DNA of 64,000 bases from a virus, in IMG/VR virus record IMGVR_UViG_3300045988_176682. One strand, 5' to 3'. Positions 18,295 to 27,283 of this stretch are shown piece after piece (position 1 is the first letter of the stretch; every line of letters starts with the position of its first letter). Below the pieces are notes generated by a model. That model searched no databases, was not told the origin of the DNA, and worked only from the letters and a program-made list of their open reading frames with translations. A program made the position numbers and the translations under genes.

Positions 18295-20064
18295 TTAAAA
18301 TAAACGATTTTCTCTTGAACTACTATATCCAATTAAATTTATATTGTCTATAACATTTTTAGATTTATCTTTCAAGGAGTTAGTAGGAACCGCAGTAATC
18401 AGACACTCTCTCGTTTCTCCTTTAGCTTCGCCTAAACCTTCAACATAATAGATTTTTTCAGCTACCATAGCGTAAGCAGAAGCATGAAAAAAGTGGTCGG
18501 TACCGTTTATTTTTCTCCACTCCGGAGCTTTTCCGGCCTCATCATCTCTAATCATATCGCGGAAATGGAGGATAAGGGTGTCCAAAAGGTCTCCATAACC
18601 ATAAAGAGACAATTTTTCTTGTGATATACCATCCATCACGCGGTCGAGAGCAGCTGTGCGGCTTATGGTATAATAAATTACCTTCCCATCAATATCTTTC
18701 TTAGGCTCGGCATCTCGGAACCCGGCATAAATTACAGGCATAATTTTACCATTGGACTCCTCAAAAATTTCGTCGGAAAGAGATGTATAAGGGTATCGGT
18801 CGATTGCTCCGGCAATAATTCGATACTTATCTTGGAAATATTTTATTCTTTCTTTTAACTTTTTATAATGTACCTGCTCGAATTTAACAAGAGCCCCTTC
18901 AACATATAAAGCAATATGGCAGACTAATCCCACGTCAATACCAATAAACATAGGCTTGTCTTTGGAAATGTCCGGAGTATTAGGAGATTGTGCCGCCTTA
19001 CGGATTTTGAACTCTTCCATTCTAGAATTTCCACTCTCATAATCTTCTCCCAATACAGTATTAAATCCTCGACGGACTTTTCCCTTTTTAATATAATCAG
19101 CCATAGTCATAACAAGGTATTTAATGCTGAGAAGGGGGGAAGAGAAAGGACGAACCTGATAACCTCGGGAATGAAGACGACTTGGATACTTAGGAACCCA
19201 TTCTCTTCGACTGTCATCATTCAAATCCAAAGGCTTGCCACACTTGGTACATCTTACATAAGCGGAATCAAGGTCGAGACCAACCGCTATTTTGGCATCA
19301 ATATCGGTTATAACATTAATTTCTTTAGGCAAATCAGGAATACAAACACTGTTTAAGTCATATAGCGGAACCTGCTGATGATTACAATGAGGGCATTTAT
19401 AGAAATACTCATGCTGGTCAGACCCCTCATACTCCAAGGACACCCCATAACCGGTAAAGGTTGGGGTACTGAACATTTGCTTTATCTTAAAATCAGAGTG
19501 TTGGTAGCGGGAATTAAACAGAGCAATGATTTCCATATCTGACAAATCAAGCTCATCGTTAATAATCATATCGACCGGGGTGGACGTAGCGTCAGCTTCA
19601 CTGTTACCGGCAATATAAAGAAAGGAATCTCCCAGCTGCATAATGGAATTATTACGGACTTCCTTTCCCTCTTTTCCGCCAAACTTAGGAAAATCTCTAT
19701 CGAGGATGGGTCTGATACGAGTCTTACTGTTTCGGTCTCTCATCTCGGTAGTTGGGAAAGAATACAAGGCATTAGTTCCCGGGTTTTGTATCAAGAAGCC
19801 AAGGGTTTTTCGAATTTGTCCCTCGGTAAGACCAACTTGGGATAGCTTTTTACAGCAAAGATTGGGGTGCATGTCGTCCAATATCTGTCTCTGGAACTCG
19901 TGTCTCTTAAAAGAAAAAGGCTGTCCTTTTAATGTGGTATTATTACAAATCCATTCGGCCATGGATGTATCTTTATTAATGGACTCGATTTTTTCAACAA
20001 TGCTTTTTATGTAGGGGTTAGTATTCCAATCCATATCGGTCTCCTTGCTTAAGAGATAAATCAA
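18295..20064 (-). CDS. terminase large subunit, GpA family
   Basis: 589 aa, first gene of the operon. CCKKLSQVGLTEG matches the lambda gpA Walker-A-like KSARVGYSK. Also carries the CxxC...CxxC pair (KCPHCNH...RCTKCGK) seen in gpA-type terminases. Confidence 0.8.
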   Translation of the reverse strand: MIYLLSKETDMDWNTNPYIKSIVEKIESINKDTSMAEWICNNTTLKGQPFSFKRHEFQRQILDDMHPNLCCKKLSQVGLTEGQIRKTLGFLIQNPGTNALYSFPTTEMRDRNSKTRIRPILDRDFPKFGGKEGKEVRNNSIMQLGDSFLYIAGNSEADATSTPVDMIINDELDLSDMEIIALFNSRYQHSDFKIKQMFSTPTFTGYGVSLEYEGSDQHEYFYKCPHCNHQQVPLYDLNSVCIPDLPKEINVITDIDAKIAVGLDLDSAYVRCTKCGKPLDLNDDSRREWVPKYPSRLHSRGYQVRPFSSPLLSIKYLVMTMADYIKKGKVRRGFNTVLGEDYESGNSRMEEFKIRKAAQSPNTPDISKDKPMFIGIDVGLVCHIALYVEGALVKFEQVHYKKLKERIKYFQDKYRIIAGAIDRYPYTSLSDEIFEESNGKIMPVIYAGFRDAEPKKDIDGKVIYYTISRTAALDRVMDGISQEKLSLYGYGDLLDTLILHFRDMIRDDEAGKAPEWRKINGTDHFFHASAYAMVAEKIYYVEGLGEAKGETRECLITAVPTNSLKDKSKNVIDNINLIGYSSSRENRLF

Positions 20065-20088
20065 AAAAAATATTTTTACAAGAAAAAC

Positions 20089-20117
20089 TTGACATAATAA
20101 GACAAATGTGATTATAT
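20089..20117 (+). promoter_or_regulatory. promoter-like TTGACA-17-TTATAT
   Basis: TTGACA at 20089..20094 and TTATAT at 20112..20117. Confidence 0.35.
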
Positions 20118-20181
20118 GAGACTGTTCTTAAGTTAAAGCATTATAAAAATGTGAACACTCTATTTGTTCCTGCCGATTGAA

Positions 20182-20209
20182 AATCCTCTCTTTTTAGGGA
20201 GGATTTTTT
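20182..20209 (+). terminator. intrinsic terminator-like hairpin with T-run
   Basis: AATCCTCTC / GGGAGGATT stem with one G-U pair, loop TTTTTA, then TTTTTT. Confidence 0.5.
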
Positions 20210-20214
20210 ATGTA

Positions 20215-20243
20215 TTGACAAATAGAGAAAAATGACATAAACT
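20215..20243 (+). promoter_or_regulatory. promoter-like TTGACA-17-TAAACT
   Basis: TTGACA at 20215..20220 and TAAACT at 20238..20243. First of two tATTGACAA copies. Confidence 0.35.
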
Positions 20244-20245
20244 AA

Positions 20246-20278
20246 ACCTGTGATTTGTAAAGCTCCGCACAGGTTTTT
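20246..20278 (+). terminator. hairpin plus T5, a weaker terminator-like element
   Basis: ACCTGTG ... CACAGGT stem with a 15-nt loop, followed by TTTTT. Confidence 0.35.
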
Positions 20279-20342
20279 ACAAAGGTCCTAAAAGTCCTTA
20301 TTTAGTTCCTAAACTACATTGATGATTCTTTCGTGATTGAAG

Positions 20343-20370
20343 CCTCCGTCCCCTAAACGGAGGTTTTTTT
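20343..20370 (+). terminator. strong intrinsic terminator
   Basis: CCTCCGT cccctaa ACGGAGG followed by TTTTTTT. Confidence 0.6.
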
Positions 20371-20388
20371 ATTGACAAGGAAAAACGA

Positions 20389-20670
20389 ATGGAATATAAA
20401 GACAAAGTAGGACATAATATGACAGAGGAAAATATGAAGAATAAATTAACCCTAAAACAATTCTCTGCCGAAGTTGGCTATTCTACACGCCAATTAAGCA
20501 GGTATATTAAGTCTGGTAAGCTATTCCCTCGCCGATGGTTGAACGGAAGATGTTATTTTTTGGAAGAAGATATTGAAAAATTTAACAATTTCTTTCAAAA
20601 TGTTACAAATCCCGCCGTTTTAGACCTTACATTGTCGGAGAATCCAGATGGAGAAGACGAATTATCCTGA
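20389..20670 (+). CDS. MerR/excisionase-type winged-HTH DNA-binding protein
   Basis: 93 aa. LTLKQFSAEVGYSTRQLSRYIKSGKLFPRRWLNGRCYFLEEDIEKF fits the HTH_17/MerR-like wHTH. First gene of the plus-strand block. Confidence 0.55.
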   Translation: MEYKDKVGHNMTEENMKNKLTLKQFSAEVGYSTRQLSRYIKSGKLFPRRWLNGRCYFLEEDIEKFNNFFQNVTNPAVLDLTLSENPDGEDELS

Positions 20671-21091
20671 TATTACCTACCCCCAGGTATTTAATATTCA
20701 AACTATTTTTATGAATTTTAAAAAAGACCCTGACTATATAAAAAATTCTCCCTACTCAGAGGCGGTAAAGACTGGGTTGGAGAGCATATTCAGGAGAGCC
20801 AACGAGCACGAGAACCGTATCCAACGGGTAGATTTAGTCGATTTGAACCTTGAAGAAGAAGCCAATCTGGTTTATAGTCGAACGAAACAGCTCATGGATA
20901 AACCTCTCGAGCCGAATGAGGAACTTTCTATCCTCAAAAATGCCGCAGTTATGTTGGAAAAATTATTAGACTTGGCTGAAAGAGCTAAAAATCAGCGCTA
21001 TATTAGGGATTTAGAGCAGAAAATATTGAAAATAGCTCAAAAGATGCCGGAAGAATCGAGAAATGAATTATTAAATATGTTGAAGGAATAA
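20648..21091 (+). CDS. hypothetical protein
   Basis: 147 aa, helical. Overlaps the previous gene by 23 nt. Confidence 0.45.
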   Translation: MEKTNYPDITYPQVFNIQTIFMNFKKDPDYIKNSPYSEAVKTGLESIFRRANEHENRIQRVDLVDLNLEEEANLVYSRTKQLMDKPLEPNEELSILKNAAVMLEKLLDLAERAKNQRYIRDLEQKILKIAQKMPEESRNELLNMLKE

Positions 21092-21093
21092 AA

Positions 21094-23559
21094 ATGGGAA
21101 TTTTTAGCGAAAACGCCCCTAAATTATGGGCTTTAGGGCTACCGGTTATGCCTCTCTACCCCAAAGAGAAGAATCCTATCGTTCCGTCTTGGCAGCAGTT
21201 CGCAGAACGGATGCCAACTCCGGACGAACAGGCTTTCTGGCTTAAAAACTATGCCAACGGTAACATTGGCCTCCCTCTCGGTCCGCAGTCAGGCTGTGTA
21301 GCTCTTGATATTGATACCGAGAATGACGAACTCTTCAAATTAGTTTGCGGCCTTGTTCCGCAATCCCCGTGGAATCGTATCGGTTCTCACGGAAAGGTGA
21401 TGCTTTTCAAGTACACCGGCCAAAAAACTTTCCGTATCAAAGATATTGACGGCGTAACTATTTGCGAGCTGCTTTCAGCCCGTACACAGGTTGTTATTCC
21501 TCCGTCAATCCACCCCAAAACTCAGAAACCTTACTATTCGGATACTAATCTGGAAGATGTAATAAAAAATCTGCCGGTACTTGACCAGAACATTGAGAAC
21601 ATTCTTCGTCAATCTCTCGAAGATTTTGGCGTAACCCTGTCTCACTCAGGCTGGACAAGAACCACGGATTACATTTCCAGAGGAAGCCGTGACGTAAAAA
21701 TGACTTCTATGGCCGGTTTCTTTGCCAACGGGATTACCAGAGGAGAGCTCTCGGTTAAGGAAGCCATTGCAAGAATGTACGCTTGGTATTCTTCCTGCGT
21801 GGAACAGATTGCCGGAGATGATGTCGACATTGATAAAGGCATCAGAAACATGATTTCTTTCCTCGTGCAAGACGTTATCGGGCCAAAGAAGAAGGTTCTG
21901 CCGCGAGGGTGGGACGAGGGCCTCTCCGAGGAAGAAAAAACCCAAATGGGGCTCAATTTTAATACCGAGCTCGAGGAGTGGGACTATAATCGCTTAAAAG
22001 AATATCTTTACGAGCAATTCAACCTTCATGCAGAGGATTCTGTCCAGCGCTCGGAAGCAATCGAATATATCTTATGCCGAATCGCCCGGTCTCCGAGCCT
22101 GACATCGCTTGACGAGGACCGAATCCTGAAATATATCAGCCAAACTTGCAAAAACATCCAGCTTTCTGCCCTCCGGAAGCGCTTAAACGAGTTAAAAACA
22201 GGCGATTTAAGAGGAACCAACCACACAGAAATCGCCCGTGCCGTTATCGAGGAAGTCCGCCGGTCAACGGATATGCACTTCTTCCAAGACAAATTGTGGC
22301 GGTGGAACGGCTCGAACTGGGAATCGCAGCCGGAACAAGAGCTGCTTGAAATGATAGCCAACAACTTCGGTCATCTGCCGGCCGCAACTCGAGCCACAGA
22401 CCATGCAGGTATCATCAGAATCTTAAAAAATATCGTACCGCAGGGGTTAACCGTTAACGGAGTTCCTCAGGCAAACGGCATTAACTTCGCCAACGGGTTC
22501 GTCGATATGGAAGGAATCCTCCATCCACACAATCCGGCCTATGGTATGACCTACACTCTTCCTTTCCGGTATATGCCGGAACTGGGAACATTAGACCATT
22601 GTCCTCGTTTTAAGCAGTTCCTTACCGATGTTTGGGGAGAAGAAAAAGACTTCACCCAACGGGTTCGGGCTCTTCAAGAGGTAATGGCCTCCACTTTCTT
22701 CGGTATCGGCACCTCTTTCTCACGAGCCGTCCTTCTTTATGGTATTGCCGGTTCGGGCAAATCCCAGTTGTTGGAAATCGTGAAAAACCTGCTGCCGCAG
22801 AAAGTGGTATCTTATATCCCGCCCTATGACTTTGACGACAGATTTAAGGTGACGGAACTTTCCCGTTCCATCATGAACATCTGCGGAGAGTTACACCGGG
22901 ATAAAAAGATACCGTCCGCCGCTTTCAAGCAAATCATTGACAGCTCCGAACTGTCTGGCCAATATAAAAGCCGCCCCTTGTTTGATTTCCGCCCGAAAGC
23001 GACGCATTGGTTTGCCAGCAACCACCTTCCGAAGTCGGATGACGATACCGAAGGCTTTAACCGTCGGTGGTTAATCCTGTCGTTTAACCATCCGGTTTCT
23101 TCGGATAAAAAAGTCCGTAATATTGGCGATATAATCGTCGCTGAGGAGAGAGAAGCCATTGCGGCCTGGGTAGTATCGGTGATAAACGAGCTGCGTAAGC
23201 AGAGCGAATATTCGATACCCGACAGCCACTATAGCTTTGTCTCGGAGATGGCTTCTGAAAACGATACACTTTTTTTCTTTCTCATCTCGGACAAGGGGCC
23301 GAGAAAGGTATTGAACGACGACGGGAGCTTATCAGAAAGTACGAAAATACACGCCGACAAACTCTACGAAGAATACACCGCCTTTTGCTACTCTACGGCT
23401 CATGCCCGGCCTGTGGGGTTGAAAAGATACTCTCAGAGGCTGAGGGAATTGTCGATTTTTATGGGATTCAAAGTGGACAGTTTGACGGTGTATGGACTCA
23501 CAATGGACAAGGGCCAGGCTACAATGGCGAAGAGTGTACCATTGATAAGAAACTTTTAG
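21094..23559 (+). CDS. DNA primase-helicase (prim-pol N-terminal domain + D5_N + P4-type SF3 helicase)
   Basis: 821 aa. VALDIDTEN is a prim-pol DxD motif. Walker A LLYGIAGSGKSQLLEI. C-terminus resembles P4-alpha/D5-like helicases. Confidence 0.8.
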   Translation: MGIFSENAPKLWALGLPVMPLYPKEKNPIVPSWQQFAERMPTPDEQAFWLKNYANGNIGLPLGPQSGCVALDIDTENDELFKLVCGLVPQSPWNRIGSHGKVMLFKYTGQKTFRIKDIDGVTICELLSARTQVVIPPSIHPKTQKPYYSDTNLEDVIKNLPVLDQNIENILRQSLEDFGVTLSHSGWTRTTDYISRGSRDVKMTSMAGFFANGITRGELSVKEAIARMYAWYSSCVEQIAGDDVDIDKGIRNMISFLVQDVIGPKKKVLPRGWDEGLSEEEKTQMGLNFNTELEEWDYNRLKEYLYEQFNLHAEDSVQRSEAIEYILCRIARSPSLTSLDEDRILKYISQTCKNIQLSALRKRLNELKTGDLRGTNHTEIARAVIEEVRRSTDMHFFQDKLWRWNGSNWESQPEQELLEMIANNFGHLPAATRATDHAGIIRILKNIVPQGLTVNGVPQANGINFANGFVDMEGILHPHNPAYGMTYTLPFRYMPELGTLDHCPRFKQFLTDVWGEEKDFTQRVRALQEVMASTFFGIGTSFSRAVLLYGIAGSGKSQLLEIVKNLLPQKVVSYIPPYDFDDRFKVTELSRSIMNICGELHRDKKIPSAAFKQIIDSSELSGQYKSRPLFDFRPKATHWFASNHLPKSDDDTEGFNRRWLILSFNHPVSSDKKVRNIGDIIVAEEREAIAAWVVSVINELRKQSEYSIPDSHYSFVSEMASENDTLFFFLISDKGPRKVLNDDGSLSESTKIHADKLYEEYTAFCYSTAHARPVGLKRYSQRLRELSIFMGFKVDSLTVYGLTMDKGQATMAKSVPLIRNF

Positions 23560-23583
23560 TTAGAAACGGAAGGATTATCAGAC

Positions 23584-23802
23584 ATGACAAATAACAACCG
23601 TATTTACAGAAGGGACCAATTACGGTTCCTTACTGCTGACGTTAACCGTATCTTAGCCAAAGCCAGGGAAATAGAGAAAGATTTCCCGGACGATGACAGG
23701 GACGGCGCTAAGGAAGATTTAGGTCTTGCAATCCAACATCTTGACAAAGCGTTTTATCATTTAAGCTGGACGTTAGCCGGAGAAATGGACCCATGGGATT
23801 AG
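23584..23802 (+). CDS. hypothetical protein
   Basis: 72 aa ORF. Confidence 0.4.
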   Translation: MTNNNRIYRRDQLRFLTADVNRILAKAREIEKDFPDDDRDGAKEDLGLAIQHLDKAFYHLSWTLAGEMDPWD

Positions 23803-24407
23803 AAGCTATGATGACGAGAATGCAATCTGATTTATTAGAAAAATATACCATTTACAGCAAAGACAAAAAGCTTAAGCAAATAAACTGGCCGATACCGGTA
23901 AACGTTGAGGGGATAACTCCCCCCAAGACGTTTGCCTTGAAAGGTCAAAAAATGACCTTTAAGCTATACTCGACCAAGAAAGCCAAGGCGTTTATCGAAT
24001 GGGCTCTTACCGAGCTGTCTTTAAGCAAGAAGGAATTTTACAGCACTTGCCGGAGAATGGACGTTGTTAAGAAACGGTCACTAATTGTTTATGTGCTAAG
24101 GTGTGAATTTGGCGTTCCCTGTGTACAGGCCGGGGAGATGATAGGCAGAAACGTATCGCAAATTCCTTATCTTCAGATGGTTGCCATAAGGGAATATGGC
24201 GAGGAGCTAAAAGAAGTAGGAGACCTTATTAAGAAATGGAGAGAATATGATGCAGAACCCCGATGCCAACAACAACGCCAACAGCAATGCCAACAGCAAT
24301 GCCAACAACACCAGCAACACCAACAGCAATGCCAAAAGGATAAAGATTGTTCACAAAGACGGAAAAACCTATACCTATCCTCTAAGCAAAGTCCCCTCGT
24401 GGCTTAA
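23793..24407 (+). CDS. DnaA-domain-IV-like HTH protein, paralog 1 (3' end uncertain)
   Basis: KKRSLIVYVLRCEFGVPCVQAGEMIGRNVSQIPYLQ fits the DnaA C-terminal pattern ([32 protein letters not shown]). Homology ends near 24262. The frame then runs through a CAACAG/CAATGC repeat as a Gln-rich tail to 24407. Confidence 0.55.
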   Translation: MGLEAMMTRMQSDLLEKYTIYSKDKKLKQINWPIPVNVEGITPPKTFALKGQKMTFKLYSTKKAKAFIEWALTELSLSKKEFYSTCRRMDVVKKRSLIVYVLRCEFGVPCVQAGEMIGRNVSQIPYLQMVAIREYGEELKEVGDLIKKWREYDAEPRCQQQRQQQCQQQCQQHQQHQQQCQKDKDCSQRRKNLYLSSKQSPLVA

Positions 24408-24831
24408 GCATAAGGGAGAGTCTACCCAAAGGTATGACTGGCCGATTCCGATTGGCGAGAAGAGAGGGCCATGGACGGACACGCCTCCTGAGGTATATTA
24501 TGTAAAGAATCAGGAGATACGGAAAAAGAGAGGGAAAGCTGAAACTCTGGGGTGGAAGGATTGGGTGGGAGACTTCATAAGATTTACTTGTGAAAGAGAA
24601 GGTGTAGAACTCTATAATATTCTTTCTCCGGACAAGCATTCCCGTTTTGTAATAGTGAGAGCCCTTATTGTGTATGCGCTCAGGTGCAGGGGTGTTTCAC
24701 GATGGCAGTTGGGGAAAATGTTACACAGAGACGGGGCTACTATACAATACTTACAGGGAAAAGCGGTAGCGTTATTTGGTGACAAACTGAAAGAAGTCAG
24801 CAAGTTACTTGAGGAGTGGGATGATAGATAA
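24247..24831 (+). CDS. DnaA-domain-IV-like HTH protein, paralog 2, with Asn-rich N-terminal low-complexity region
   Basis: HSRFVIVRALIVYALRCRGVSRWQLGKMLHRDGATIQYLQGKAVALF matches the DnaA domain IV pattern, including RD..T. Shares the WPIP and KLKEV..LLEEW blocks with paralog 1. Confidence 0.6.
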   Translation: MMQNPDANNNANSNANSNANNTSNTNSNAKRIKIVHKDGKTYTYPLSKVPSWLKHKGESTQRYDWPIPIGEKRGPWTDTPPEVYYVKNQEIRKKRGKAETLGWKDWVGDFIRFTCEREGVELYNILSPDKHSRFVIVRALIVYALRCRGVSRWQLGKMLHRDGATIQYLQGKAVALFGDKLKEVSKLLEEWDDR

Positions 24832-24892
24832 TCCTTCTAACCCTCCTAATCCCGGAGTTACCCGGAGAGAGCCCAGAAATCGGATTTGGAAA

Positions 24893-24919
24893 GACCCTTC
24901 CTTTTGGAAGGGTTTTTTA
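24893..24919 (+). terminator. intrinsic terminator
   Basis: GACCCTTCC tttt GGAAGGGTT followed by TTTTT. Confidence 0.55.
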
Positions 24920-24927
24920 TTGGGTAC

Positions 24928-25194
24928 GGGAAAGGGAAAAGATAAAAGGGTCACAGTTAGGTTACTGGAAGGTGTCCTAATATGTCCTATCCCGAAAAAT
25001 TTCGGAATCGGATTCGGGAAAGGGAAAAGATAAAAGGGTCACAGTTAGGTTACTGGAAGGTGTCCTAATATGTCCTATCCCGAAAAATTTCGGAATCGGA
25101 TTCGGGAAAGGGAAAAGATAAAAGGGTCACAGTTAGGTTACTGGAAGGTGTCCTAATATGTCCTATCCCGAAAAATTTCGGAATCGGATTCGGG
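24928..25194. repeat. three perfect 88-bp direct repeats (iteron-like), each with internal inverted repeats
   Basis: Period 88, measured from the recurrence of AAAGGGAAAA at 24931, 25019 and 25107. Each unit contains CCGAAA-aa-TTTCGG and GAATC-g-GATTC inverted repeats. Followed by an AT-rich tract at 25200..25395. Confidence 0.9.
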
Positions 25195-25395
25195 AGGGCC
25201 CTGTCCCCGGTTCCCTTGCCGATTCTCTCTCAAAAAAAACATACTACCCTTGCACTAAGTCTTTGATTTTACTTATTTACACCCTCTTTGTTCAATTTTT
25301 TATATTTATATGTTGTCAAGCTTTTTTATTAATGTTACCTTACCACTATAAACAGCGTTTTTAACATTCATATTTTACACACAGAGGATAATACC

Positions 25396-25764
25396 ATGAC
25401 AAATATAGCAACCTTAAACCTGCAAACAATTAACCAGTCAGACGATTTTATTGCCAACGCAAAAAAAGCACTCCGCGCCGATATGGTTAACAGCCGCAAA
25501 TTGACGCTTGACAGCATCACAGCAGTTGCCGCCCTATCCTATTCTTTGTTTATCCATAATAACCCCGACTCCGATTTCTCGATATATCGGGTAAACTCAA
25601 CAGAGATTAGCGAGTCCAGATTGCGCCAACAACTAATCAACTCTATATTTAACAAGCAGCAGTTGGAAGAATTGCAGAGCTCTGAAGGGCGAGTCATATA
25701 TAACAAAGTGTGCGCCGGCATGATTATCTTTAAAGACAACCTTAACAGATTTCATGCCCTTTGA
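25396..25764 (+). CDS. hypothetical protein
   Basis: 122 aa ORF. Confidence 0.45.
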   Translation: MTNIATLNLQTINQSDDFIANAKKALRADMVNSRKLTLDSITAVAALSYSLFIHNNPDSDFSIYRVNSTEISESRLRQQLINSIFNKQQLEELQSSEGRVIYNKVCAGMIIFKDNLNRFHAL

Positions 25765-25788
25765 CACAATACCAAAACCAAATATAAC
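25761..25788 (+). promoter_or_regulatory. sigma70-like promoter TTGACA-16-TATAAC
   Basis: TTGACA at 25761..25766 and TATAAC at 25783..25788, upstream of the 25882 gene. Confidence 0.4.
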
Positions 25789-25881
25789 TATCTTATCTCA
25801 AATAAAACTATCTATCATACTTTAAAAATAAACAAATATAAATTTAATAAAAATAATATTTTTAACTAGGGAGAAAAAGCA

Positions 25882-26418
25882 ATGTTAAATTTAACGATTA
25901 AAAACCCGAGACCGGGAACATTTACGAACAAACATATCATGATTGATATTGAATTGAACGGCAAGTTTATTTCAACTTACGAATGCAATCCGTTTTATCA
26001 AATGGATACAAAAGGCGAAATTTTCAATCAAATAGTAAATGCTATAAGTTGGTCAAATTCGAAGTACGATACTGGAACCGCTGCAAGATTATTTAAGATT
26101 TATTGTGGTATGGAGTGTGGTAAAGATTTATATTACGATACCGTAAAATCTTTCATGAATATAATCCTTAAAACCTTAAAGGATAAGATTTTGGATTTAA
26201 TTGACCTTAAAGATGTTGAAAGATGTTTGTTTAATGATGCCGAGTGTTTTGAATCCGGTTCCGATTTCGAGGACTTTTGCTTTAACCTCGGTTATGATAC
26301 CGACAGCATTAAAGCTTTAAAAGTTTATGAGGGCTGTAAGGAAATCTATCTGAAACTGGTTCAAACTATCGGTTCAGAGAAATTGAGAGAAGGCATTGAA
26401 TATTATCGGGAGAATTAG
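25882..26418 (+). CDS. hypothetical protein
   Basis: 178 aa. GGGAGAAAAAGCA-ATG ribosome-binding site. Its 5' end is partially duplicated at 28175..28230. Confidence 0.55.
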   Translation: MLNLTIKNPRPGTFTNKHIMIDIELNGKFISTYECNPFYQMDTKGEIFNQIVNAISWSNSKYDTGTAARLFKIYCGMECGKDLYYDTVKSFMNIILKTLKDKILDLIDLKDVERCLFNDAECFESGSDFEDFCFNLGYDTDSIKALKVYEGCKEIYLKLVQTIGSEKLREGIEYYREN

Positions 26419-27048
26419 CCATATATATTTTTGAGCGGGATGAGGTTATGAACAGATTATAATCCGGATTCAGAATTATTTAGGGATACTTTACCACGGG
26501 TATGGGAGGTTTTAGGTTCGGAGTGTCTCCGAACGGGGAGAAAGGAGAAAAATTTTAAATCGGGATATGAATCGATTCATAAAAAAGTTAATTTTAGACT
26601 AATTTGACGGAAGGAGATTTCAACTACAGGTAGGGAGATAGGTGAAAAAGCACGCAAAATTTTAACTCAAATGATATTCCTCTCTTGAATATATTTATAT
26701 TGACATTTGACAAATTTTGAATAAAATATTTCCAGAATCACCGGATTATAAACAAAACGTCGAATTACGTCAAAATTTCTCTATTTGTCTTTTTTGTCAA
26801 TCATTCATATTTTAATAAATTATTGATTCTATTATATATTTCTTCTTCTCTATTATTTCTCACTTCGTTTAGAATCTGAGTTTTATTTTTAGACAAAATA
26901 ATTTTGTATAAAAAAAATAACATAATAGGGTAAAAATAAAAACGATGTTTGACTCTTGTAAGGAAAGATTTTATTTTGTAAAAACAAAGACATCTCGTTA
27001 GATGATTATCTGGACAAAATTTTAGTCTACATAAAAAGGAAAAAAATA

Positions 27049-27270
27049 ATGATTTTACAACCAGTTGTTAAAAAAAGCGCTTTAAATTTAAACAAAATTG
27101 AACAAAACAACAAATTTAACCGGGTTTTCTGGAATCCGAGATATGAATCGATTCATAATCACGAATCAATTCAAGTCAAAAAGCCAAACCCTATTGTAAC
27201 CGGATTATTCGTCCTGTTAACCGTGGCTGTTGTCTGGTTTATTATGTTTATGGTTTTCATCATTTTTTGA
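27049..27270 (+). CDS. small membrane protein
   Basis: 73 aa with a C-terminal TM helix (GLFVLLTVAVVWFIMFMVFIIF). Contains the ATGAATCGATTCAT palindrome. Confidence 0.4.
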   Translation: MILQPVVKKSALNLNKIEQNNKFNRVFWNPRYESIHNHESIQVKKPNPIVTGLFVLLTVAVVWFIMFMVFIIF

Positions 27271-27283
27271 GGAGGAATTTTTT

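Noticed and set aside
21646-23269. Several short ORFs antisense or out of frame within the primase-helicase gene
   Set aside because: Embedded in an 821-aa gene with clear motifs.
24809-25033. ORF spanning the iteron repeats
   Set aside because: Repeat-derived reading frame starting in the terminator after the preceding gene. Periodic Gly/Lys translation.
24928-25194. Possible CRISPR array (88-bp repeats)
   Set aside because: Units are directly adjacent with no spacers. No cas genes are present. Iterons are the better explanation.
26516-26534. tRNA T-arm-like hairpin (GTTCGGAG tgt CTCCGAAC) and tRNA search in intergenic regions generally
   Set aside because: 3-nt loop and no cloverleaf context. 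No convincing tRNA seen by eye anywhere in the window, though a program should confirm.
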